Below, in pieces: positions 10,140-19,662 of a stretch of DNA of 20,000 bases. The stretch lies in NCBI RefSeq assembly GCF_004010195.1, contig NC_057718.1, positions 52,868,508 to 52,888,507 of the forward strand. Direction: 5' to 3'. The DNA comes from Chiloscyllium plagiosum. Its lineage: Eukaryota. Position 1 is the stretch's first letter; each line of letters opens with the position of its first letter. The notes beneath the pieces are model-generated. The model had not been told where the DNA came from. It ran no database searches and saw only the letters and a program-made list of their open reading frames with translations. A program made the position numbers and the translations under genes.

Positions 10140-12514
10140 CTTAGATGGGCGACAGATTGGTTTCACAGGGTGGTGCAACATCGAGGGCCAAGGGGCCTGT
10201 ACTGCGTTGTAATGTTCTATGTTCTATGTTCTCATGCTCTCTCTCTTTTGCCATTTCCCATGCCATTAAAAATAAAATTCTAAGTGTTGGTGGTGTGCAT
10301 GCAAAACACACTGATTCACCAATAGGGGAAGTTTCTTACTGCTGAACCCCGCCCCCCCCCCGCCTCCCCATCATCTAAATGGCAGAAATGAGCATGCAAT
10401 AAATAAACAGGAAACTCTGCGCCAGGGTTGGCACATTCTTGCAAAACTCCAAGGCCATTAACATAAAACTTGAGAGCTCTAATATGGCAGATTCAAATTT
10501 TTATTGAAAATAGTTCACATTACATTAGTTTCACTTTATTCATGTGTGTATCATCATCATTATTTGTTGAAGCTTTCTGAGTCATAGAGCTAAAAGCACT
10601 GTCATGCATCTTGGTTGACACTGATTGTTAGTTACAGGAGAGGTGTGGGCATGTGTAGAAGAAACAGTGTCTTTAAACATTTTTGTTCACATTATATTTA
10701 TGTTTATGTTAGTGTTCAATATTGTATTCACCACTGGATGGATACGGATGAATTTGCAAACTCGGCTAACCCTCCCTTCTCTGCATAATAAAGGATATTT
10801 TCTGAGATCAGTCTCAGTGATGATAATTGAACACAAAACTGTATAAAGACTCTGCCAGCTAACAACCTGAGATGGACCCACATGTGGACAGTATTCACCC
10901 TAACTTTTCAGTCACTCATTTTCTGACCATGAATCAATAGCAACACCAGCAACCCTCATACACATGTGATATTAGGCCTTTTCCAATTTGCTCCTCTCTG
11001 TTCTTGGTCTCACATCACAAATTCCCTCACTACTTGTTTATACTTTTTGGTCCCACCAGCAAGCTGCTCCCTTCCTTTATTACACAGAGGAAAGCCTAAG
11101 ACATTTGTCACAACGACACAAAGCTGACAGTTGCTGTCTTTGAATGATCATGAAATAAGTCCAATTTGATTTTTGTGCGCTGTTGACTTTTTTTAAAACC
11201 TAAATTCATTATTGGGAAATCAAAGTTTTGCATCAGCCCAGTTAAGTTACCTGCACATCATGTTTCTTGCCCTTCTGGGTTCCATGATATTCCCTTCATG
11301 ATCATAGTCATAGAGAATGTTGTGATTTGAGCAATTCCAGTATCATGGAAAGGGCACTTGGGACATTTAATCATAGAATTTCTGGGCAAGCTGTGCATAC
11401 ATTTGGGAAGCAACAACACATTCAAGGCCTTTGGAGAAGATCAGGGGGGTATTTCTTTAAAAAGAATCAATTGCATAAACAGTCAAACTAACACTCTTGT
11501 CTGTGTTTGCCACTTATTCCTAACTCAATCAATATTTAGATAATTAATGACACCTATTAGAATGTCCTTGTTATTTTTCGGTTTTTCTCTGATTCTTCAG
11601 CACATTCTTTACTTAATTTCCTGTCCCCTGTTTGGCAGTTTACTGTTCTTGGAGGAAACGAGGTTACCGGACCCCACCAGCCTTGTATATGGTTACCATC
11701 CTGTTCACAGTATGGTGAAATGCCCAGAGGTGCAGGCAGAAGGTGAATTGTTGCTACTTTGTCACAGTAAATGCCACCAGCTTCTTGCTGTTACCTCATG
11801 CTCACTCTATCTCTGTAACAGCACACATGTAACACCAAGGCTCATGCACTACTATTCTCACTATTACATGCAATATCTTCTCCAACTTGCTCTAACCTAT
11901 GACAAACCCATTCCTCAGCCTATATGCTGTAACATTTCCGCCCCCTTGACTGCTGACTACTGACAACCATGCTGAGCAGTCTGGCTTCATACCAGTGCTG
12001 AATAACAAGGCAATGCACCATTAATGCAAGCCTTCACATTCTGACTGATGAGGCAAAAATGCAAAAAGGCCAGGCAAGGCAAGACAAGTGAAGGATGCTG
12101 GGAGCATTTAGGTAGATTAGAAGAGAATGAGCACCACGAGAACAAGTGAGCAGGCCTGAAATACAGCCTACTCCTATTAATGAACTGGCTGATTGTCCAA
12201 GCATTCAAAGTGTCCTTGCAGCAGCATTGCAATGAAAGGTGCTGGTACTCCAAAGTATGCCATTACCATGCATAACCATGTGACACCCCCAGATTTCTCA
12301 CCATACCCCATGTTGTTCAGGGTCTGCTCAGATTCCACTCTGACTAACATTGTAAACTTCCTCTATGTTTTCTAAGTTTGTCCTTGCTAGGTATTTTGGA
12401 CTCCAGAATGGTCATTCTACAGATCCGAAGAAATGGAGCTATTAATGCAATTATTGTATATCCTCCTCTCACCACACCACCAATTTGCATCTCGAGCTCA
12501 CTAATTTTGCTTTT

Positions 12515-13005
12515 TCTCCTCAGGAAAGATATTATTGCTATAGAGAGAGTGCAATAAAGTTTCACCAGACTAGATAGTGTGACTGTCCCATGAAGGCAGG
12601 TTGGGAAAACTTGGCTTGTATTATCTGGAGTTGGAATGAATGAAAAGTGATCTCATTGAAACCTACAAAGTACTTAAAGGAATAGACAGGGTAGATGCAG
12701 CTAAGATGCTTTGCCTGATTGGGGAGACTAGAACGAGGGAACAAACTTTTAAAATAAGGGAGATGTCTTTTAGTGCAGAGGATTTCTTTCTTAATCAGAG
12801 GCTGTGAATCTTTGGAATTCTGTACCCCAGAGGGCTGTGGAAACTTAGTCTCTGAATATGATTAAAGTACAAACTGACGAATTTCTTAATATTAATGGTA
12901 TAAAGGGTTATGGCTATAATATTGAAATGTTTGTTCAGCTATGATTGTGTTAAATGGTGGGGATAACTTGAAGGACTGAGTGGTTTAATCTTGCTCCTAC
13001 TATGC
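12515..13005 (+). mobile_element. Old 5'-truncated CR1 3' end
   Basis: LRKDIIAIERVQ*SFTRL, DLIETYKVLKGIDRVDA, GETRTR, VNLWNSVPQRAVE, then a 3'UTR ending in cttgctcctactatg. Confidence 0.88.
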
Positions 13006-13604
13006 TAACTAAAACAGCTTTTCATTATTAAGAAAGAAGACATAATCAAAATTGTGCAATATTTTATAAATGCACTGACATTTGATCAGTGAGAAACCAG
13101 GACCAGTTCTGCTTTAACGTTTTTAAAAAGCTGCATCTTCCCAAACACATTACGTAATTATTGTGATTACATTAGTGTCCTGGGCCAACCACATATCATA
13201 AAACAGGATCAAAATAACATGATACTTTCCTTGCAATTGAAAGAGAGTGAGAAGAGCCCAGGTCAATGAGCAATGGAAAACAAATATTTTATGCAGAAAT
13301 CATTTTTAGCATTGCTTTTACAGTAGCATAGAAGCATTCGTTTTTATTAAATCACATCTATAACAGCAATTCTTTTTGTTTTCAGTTTAGTAATCACATC
13401 ATTTTTGTATGAGTAATTGAAGTAATACATGTTCAAATTCCATGATAACAATCTGCAAATTTAAAATCAGTTTCAAAAATCTTTGGACTAAAGTGTTAGT
13501 GTAATAAGACTAATCAGGATGTTGTCAGACTGACACAAAGATTAAATTACTCTGTGAGGATCATTGTGGAAATAATACTGCTACCTAGTTTGCCCATGAC
13601 TCTA

Positions 13605-13705
13605 ATTCCAACCAATGTGGTTGGCTCTCAACTGCTCTCTGGAATGATCTGACAAGCAGTTCAGTGGCATCAAAGTAATAAGGCCTATTATCACTACCTT
13701 GGTGA
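13605..13705 (+). mobile_element. Short ancient LINE 3'-end-like repeat fragment
   Basis: ccaatgtggttggctctcaactgctctctggaatg...aagcagttcagt resembles, from memory, a common shark LINE 3' region. The family is not determined. Confidence 0.35.
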
Positions 13706-13754
13706 AGTGGATAAAGACTTTTTGGTGCTGTAATGTTTCTCTCATGGTGAAACA

Positions 13755-14190
13755 GTACATCAGAGTGTGGGTCCAGTTTTCGTTCAAAGACTTGAGCATA
13801 TAACACTGGCTCAGCCTCCACTGATGTACGAAAGGAGAAATGTTGGGTGTTTCAAGTTTTGGATGTGACACTGAACCAAGTCCCTGCCTGTTTTATCAGG
13901 CATTATTTTGATGAAGAGGATGGGAGTTTCATTTGGGGAGTTCTGCCCGATATTTATTTCTCAGCTCTCCCCCCCCCCCCCCCCCCCTCCCGCCAGCATC
14001 ACTGTAACAGTTTATTTGATTATTATCAATTTACTCTTTTGAGGACCTACTGAACACAAGTTTGTTGCTGTATTTTCCATATTAGTACAGTGCCTAAGCT
14101 GCAAACATAGACAGATGTAAGACTTTTTTTATTTTATTCTCAATGGATGTTTTTATTAACAGATGCTTCTATACTAAAAATGCTTTATTT
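13755..14190 (+). mobile_element. DeuSINE-superfamily SINE (SacSINE1/AmnSINE1-like), diverged
   Basis: Degenerate B-box region (tgtgggtccag), gacttgagcatataa, a Deu-domain-like run (ttttggatgtgacactgaaccaagtccctgcctg...ggcattattttgatgaagag...gatatttatttctca...catcactgtaacag...ttattatca), and a 3' segment tttccatattagtacagtg. Matched to a recalled consensus. Confidence 0.7.
13969..13987. repeat. C19 homopolymer inside the SINE
   Basis: 19 consecutive C are seen directly. Confidence 0.9.
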
Positions 14191-15964
14191 GAAGGGGAAA
14201 CGAGCTTTTTTCAACTTTAGCATCATAATCAGAATCCCCTAGCATTCTGTCAGTTCTCATTTTGCAAGAGCCACAGTCCCTTTTTATGTTAACAATACAA
14301 TCCTCCACTGTATTGTTCGTGTTTACTTTCAAAGAGATTCAGTAAGATGAGATGTTCTCCTATTTACTTGAATGAAACCTTCATTTTCAGACAGTGACAT
14401 TACAAAACTCTTCTCACACAATCAATTGTTTTGTTGAGTTTGCAGCTGTAAATTCACAATTGCTTAACTTTCCTATGGGGAAATCATGTGATTTAGTTAA
14501 GTAATCATAATTAGATATGAATAGTTACGTCATGTAGCAGAGTAGATACCAGCTGTGGCACTGCATGCGCAGAATGTCAAGATATTTTTTCAACCATAAT
14601 GCAGTGTTTGATTTGTTTATCACTAATGTCCATGACAAAAGAAACCTCATTTACTAACTTGAAAAATGCACACCTTTTGTAGATGCAATTTTGTAAGGCA
14701 TTTCTGTCAGCTATAAAATGAAGAGGCTTAAAATTTTTTAACATTTCCTCCATCCCTATGGAACAGAAGGTTGCAGATGTTCCTTTGTACAACAGAAAAA
14801 CCTGTATTAAACATCTTTGTACTGTGCTTGCAAGAACATTTCAATCTTCAGTGCAAGAAACCCTTAGGGAGTGAAGTAGCCCAGCTGTATACCCTGGTTA
14901 GCTGTTATATTGTAGCAAATTCCATCTCCTGCATTCAATCCAATGACAATGAACAAACTAATTTTAGTTGTTTATTGTCAAGAATGGCTGCTTGACAGCA
15001 AGTGAAGTAAAAATTGATTCTGAAAACTGTGAAGTGAAAAATGGAAATCAGATAGGGCCACAAGCTTTTGTCTAATAATTTTACTGGAAAAAGTAGTCAT
15101 GAGCACAAAGGAGCTTAATGCCAGTAGAGAGTGTTAAAAGAGTACTTATCCATGTTTGGCACTGCTTTGGTCATTGTTCACTTTCCAAAATGCTCTGATG
15201 AGCTCTTTAAACTTTTCCCCCAACTTGAAAAGCAGTCTCGGAGTTCAAGGGAGGAGGGTCACACATAGTTACTGTACCTCCACTACAAAGGTTATGTCAT
15301 GTTCTTGATAGATTCCCCTCCACCAGATTTAAACAGATCATCTATATTGTACAATGTCTCCATTATATGGGGACATTAAGGTCTGGCACGTGAAGGCTTG
15401 CTACTTGTTTCTTCAGTCTGACTATTCTCTCAGTGTCTATCTCTTGTATTGTTGTCACTTCCTCCTTTGCAGAACTTTTCACACATTTCTACTGCACTTA
15501 GCTTCCTTCTCTCTTTCTATTTTTTTCTGTCCAATTTGCATTCGCACCCAATCTTCCCAATTTACTGGCATTTCACACCTCACATATCACCACTGCATCT
15601 CACTACAAATATCTCATTTATTTCATTTGAGACCTACTACCCATGTACTAATTTCTACCTCAATTCTTAAAGTATCTGTGATTTGAATACTGTATTTACA
15701 CATTTTATCTGGCTGTATGTAAATTGGCAGATTCTACTATCTGTAATGGGTTCAGTGGTACTCCCTGAAATTCTGCTTCCAGCTCCAGTAGTTTAATATC
15801 ACTGCGAAAATTTCAGTGCTAGCTTTCTAGCATTTTAAAATAGGAATATAGGTCACATTAAAATTTGCACATCACAAATGGAGCTCTATTCAATAACCTT
15901 ACGAGGTAGCAAACCTAAGATTTCTTCCTTGTTTCCATTGGTTCAAGAATTAGATCCTTATTTG

Positions 15965-16240
15965 CAGACAGAGGAATTTAACCATTGTGAGTAGGCATGG
16001 AATGTTTCTCAATGTACACCAAAGAACTTGTACTACACAACTTGTCATCACATCATATGTACTGCAAAACTGCTGGAAGAGGATGATCAAGTTGAGGAAG
16101 ATTATTATAATGAAGAAGAGAATGAGGAGAAGGAGAGATGGAGTGTTTATCTTGTGGATAATGACAATGATGAATGCAAAGTGAATGATGATATGAAAGG
16201 GAAAGTCAGGATGAAACCCATAGATGAGTCCCTGCTCTAA
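15965..16240 (+). mobile_element. Possible PIF/Harbinger transposase C-terminal remnant
   Basis: Frameshift-separated pieces QCTPKNL / LVITSYVLQNC / LEEDDQVEEDYYNEEENEE follow the order of HARBI1-type LQY.P..V / II.ACCVLHN / acidic tail. Similarity is weak and judged by eye. Confidence 0.3.
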
Positions 16241-16449
16241 CATCCTGCTTCTTGTTCTCTTATTGTTATGTCTTCAATGTGACCTCCTTCAACAATTGTT
16301 TTTTCGTCTACATGATTCAGATCAGATATTCTTTCCCTTGAAGAAAATAGAATATCCTTACTAAAGATGATACATATAAAGCCAAAGGAATATAGGGTAT
16401 AAATAGTCATTTGACAGTGTAGAATCTAAATAGTGCTGAGAAAACACAC

Positions 16450-16490
16450 ATTTTGTTGATGGTTTTCATCTTGCAAACATCAGGACAAGA
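16450..16490 (-). ncRNA. Decayed minimal type I hammerhead ribozyme relic
   Basis: Minus strand reads TTGTC-CTGATG-TTTGCAAGAT-GAAA-ACCATC-AACAA. It has the core boxes CUGAUG(A>U) and GAAA, and TTGT/ACAA can pair as stem I. It lies at the expected place in a PLE pLTR. Probably inactive. Confidence 0.5.
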
Positions 16491-16563
16491 ATACCAATAA
16501 TGAATAAATAAATAAACAAGCAAACATGTAATTATATAAATATATACCCAAGAATACCAATAA
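16486..16563. repeat. 15-bp perfect direct repeat (CAAGAATACCAATAA) flanking a 48-bp AT-rich insert
   Basis: Copies lie at 16486-16500 and 16549-16563. Confidence 0.9.
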
Positions 16564-17711
16564 AAGCAGATAAAGATCAACATTTATATAAAATGAGATG
16601 AAAGTACTGATTGGTTGGCAATTAGTCATGGCATTGCCCTTAGAAATGAACCAGTGAATGGCCATCACTGGCTTTGTTGATTTGGAAAATGTTCAACGTG
16701 TGCATATGTTCAATCAGTCTGCAAGGAACAGGGCCTTTTGTATTAATAAGCGTAACTTCCAGGACTCGCAGGTAAGCCACATGACCAACCCATTGAACAA
16801 CACTAAATTGGTTGTCGGTGTAATTGTTTACATAGTCAGGATTATCCAGTAAGTGTTGTCCAATTGCAGAACCATATCTAATATTGGGCATTGTAGGCTG
16901 ACAGCCCAGTGTAATTTTGAAGTATTTCAAAAGACAGTATTATGGACAGATTTGTATGCAGTTTAAAACAGAAGGTGTTCACAGAAAGTTGACAGTGCCC
17001 AAAGTTAAGCTCATTATCATATCAGTAACTGGAATTACTAAAGAATATAAATTCTTATGTTTGTACCTGCGTAATAATTCTGAAGAGGATTCACACCCAA
17101 TGTGTCTGTCTCGATAAACAAGATTTTACAATTGCAAGCATGTAAGAGGAGAAAGCGAAATGGAAAGAAAAAACTAAATTTAAACTATCAGCTTCAAAAT
17201 ATAACACTTCAATGGCCTGATCATGTGAATAAGGCTTATATGACCTTAAAGACAGCAGAGGTTTCTGGCCTGACCAGACTCTGTAGTTCTGAACAATAAT
17301 TGCAGTATAAATAGATATTGTGCCTTTTTTGCATCACAACTGGTAGACAGTAATGGTTCAGAGGTGATTGCTTTTGGAAAACCTAATCATGAGAAAGATT
17401 AGGTGGAAACAACATTTTTTGAACATTTATATTATTTTTCTCCTCCTCCCTCAAGAAGCCATTACTTTCTGAAAAATGACCAAATGTGAAGCTTATCTTC
17501 TCCATTTAACTGTCTGCCTTTGTCACCATTGCTATAATTCCAATCTCGTAAAATATGAGTTCCAATCTAAATCTTTTCATTCAAAACAGACCTCTTCATT
17601 TCTGTAATTCACTGCATGCACCAACAATAATTAAATATGCTTTTCATGTCTGGACATGGCTTATATATATTTTTTTTTCTTCTTGTGTTATATGCAAACT
17701 GAGACCCAGTA

Positions 17712-18166
17712 TAACATATGAGGAATGTTTGAGGACTCTGAGTCTATACTCAATGGAGATTAAAAGGATAAGGGGAGATCGAATTGAAATTTACTGAATA
17801 CTGAATAGCCTGGACAGAGTGGATGCTGGAAAAATGTTTCCATTGGTAGGAGATGCTAAGACCCATGGACCCAGCCTTAGAGTAAAGGGAAGACCTTTTA
17901 GAAGAGATAAGGAAAAAGGTCTTCAGCCAGAGAGTGGTGAATCTATGGAACTCATTGCCACAGAAAGTTGTGGAAACCAGGTCATTTAGTGTACTTAAGA
18001 CAAAGATAGATAGATCAATTGTCAAGGGGATCAAGGGTTATGTGGAGAAAGCGGAAGAATAGGGTTGAGAAACCTATCCGCCATGATTGAAGGTGGAGCA
18101 GACTCGATAGGCATGAACGGCTTAACTTCTGCTCCAAAGTCTTAAGTTCTGATGGTCTTATGGTCT
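17712..18166 (+). mobile_element. 5'-truncated CR1 3' end with (T)ATGGTCT tail
   Basis: TYEECLRTLSLYSMEIKRIRGDRIEIY*ILNSLDRVDAGKMFPLVG, FSQRVVNLWNSLPQKVVE, a 3'UTR, and the tail gATGGTCT-TATGGTCT at 18151-18166. Confidence 0.92.
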
Positions 18167-18168
18167 GA

Positions 18169-18808
18169 TCCCCTGTTGCCATTCCCTTCAACAATAAGTA
18201 TACCATTTTGGATACTGTTGGGGGGACGACTTACCAGGGGAAAGCAGTGGGGCACAGGGCTCTGGCACAGAGTCTGTCCCTGCTGCTCAGAAGGGAAGGG
18301 GGAAGAGGAGCAGAGCAGAAGTCTTTGGGGACTCCATAGTTCGGGGGACAGATAGGAGGTTCTGTGGGGACGAGAGAGACTCACGGTTGGTGTGTTGCCT
18401 CCCAGGTGTCAGGATTCGTGATGTCTCTGATCGTGTTTTTGGGATCCTTAAGGGGGAGGGGGAGCAGCCCCAAGTCGTGGTCCACATAGGCACCAAAGAC
18501 ATAGGTAGGAAGAGAGATGGGGATTTAAGGCAGAAATTCAGAGAGCTAGGATGGAAGCTGAGAGCTAGGACGAACAGAGTTGTTGTCTCTGGTTTGTTGC
18601 TAGTGAGGCAAGGAAAAAGAAGAGAGAGGAGTTGAACACATGGCTATAGGTGTGGTGCAGGAGGGAGTGTTTTGGATTCTTGGATACTTGGGGCTCTTTC
18701 TGGAGTAGATGGGACCTCTACAAGCAGGATGGTCTTCATCTGAACCAGCGGGGTACCAATATCCTGGGGGGGATATTTGCTAAGGCTATTGGGGTTGGTT
18801 TAAACTAA
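18169..18808 (+). pseudogene. CR1 ORF1 SGNH/GDSL esterase remnant
   Basis: VFGDSIV (GDS at 18327-18335), CLPGVRI, HIGTKDIG (N>K), QDGLHLN (18728-18739), with a frameshifting deletion near 18600. Confidence 0.9.
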
Positions 18809-19628
18809 TACAGCAGGGGGATGGGAACCAAAACTGAAGTTCGAGTATAGAAAAGGTTGAGAATACAGAGGTCTGAAATCAGGTTTCAGGGACGCAAGTT
18901 AGCACCGGCTAGCAAGAAGTTGGTTTGAAGTGTGACTACTTCAATGCCAGGAGCATCCAGAATAAGGTGGGTGAACTTGCAGCATGGGTTGGTGCCTGGA
19001 CAGGGACAGGAATGGTTATTGCAGGTTCCAGGATTTAGATATTTCAGTAAGAACAGAGAAGATGGTAAAAGAGGGGGAGGTGTGGCATTGTTGGTCAAGG
19101 ATAGTATTACAGTTGCAGAAAGGATGTTTGGGCCTATAGGCCTCTGAATAGTTCCAGAGGTGTAGAGGAAAGGATAGCAAAGATGATTCTCGATAGGAGT
19201 GAGAGAGACAGGGTAGTTGTCATGGGGGACTTCTACTTTCCAAATATCGACTGGGAACACTACAGTGCGAGTACTATAGATGGGTCAGTTTTTGTTCAGT
19301 GTGTGCAGGAGGGCTTTCTGACACAGTATGTAGACAGGCCAACAAGGGGCGAAGCCACATTAGATTTGGTACTGGATAATGAGCCCGGCCAGGTGTTAGC
19401 CTTGGAAGTAGGTGAGCACTTTGGTGATAGCGATCACAATTCTGTTATGTTTACTTTAGTGATAGAAAGGGATAGGTGTATACTACTTGGGCAAGATTTA
19501 CAGCTGGGAGAAAGGCAATTACGATGCAATTAGGCAAGATTTAGGAAGCATAGGATGGGGAAGGAAACTGCAGGGGATGGACACATTAGAAATATGGAGC
19601 TTATTCAAGGAAAAGCTACTGTGTGTCC

Positions 19629-19662
19629 TAGATAAGTATGTACCTTAGATAAGTATGTACCT
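19629..19662 (+). repeat. 17-bp tandem duplication (TAGATAAGTATGTACCT)2 within CR1 ORF2
   Basis: Seen directly. The sister copy has a single unit at about 8209-8225. Confidence 0.9.

Larger units (their letters stand above)
6877..10232 (+). mobile_element. CR1 LINE, 5'-truncated within ORF1, with the full ORF2 span and (ATGTTCT)3 tail; degraded
   Basis: ORF1 esterase is at 6877-7282. ORF2 starts at 7399 (NCVYFNTRSIRNK, AISETW, MEDLNFPNIDW, SDHNSV, KSPGPDGIYPKIL, YRPVSLTSVV, YMDISKAFDK, GVPQRSVL, LADNT at 9351 = decayed FADD, LEYCAQFW) and ends at about 10139. The tail is ATGTTCT x3 at 10212-10232. Confidence 0.96.
16430..16890 (-). mobile_element. Penelope-like element 3' end: GIY-YIG endonuclease C-terminal half plus pLTR
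   Basis: ORF 16640-16930 contains SAIGQHLLDNPD...FSVV...LRVLEVTLINTKGPVPC, typical of the PLE GIY-YIG C-terminus (SAI..H ... LE...I....P). It is followed by CCAAT (16614-16610), TATATAAA (16590-16583) and a hammerhead-like CTGATG..GAAA (16483-16464). Confidence 0.8.

Noticed and set aside
11251..11342. Minus-strand CAG|GTAACT donor with an upstream open frame (YWNCSNHNILYDYDHEG...)
   Set aside because: There is no credible acceptor between the in-frame stop and the donor.
11547..12330. 138-aa ORF and neighbouring ORFs
   Set aside because: No recognisable motif. The region may be an old transposon relic, but I cannot support a family call.
14577..14801. Minus-strand ORF after a TACAG acceptor-like site; nearby TGCATGCGCA NRF1-like word at 14562
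   Set aside because: No recognisable protein, no CpG island, and the motif is isolated.
15335..15380. IIYIVQCLHYMG resembling a GIY-YIG N-terminal motif
   Set aside because: Too short, the spacing is wrong, and there is no supporting flanking similarity.
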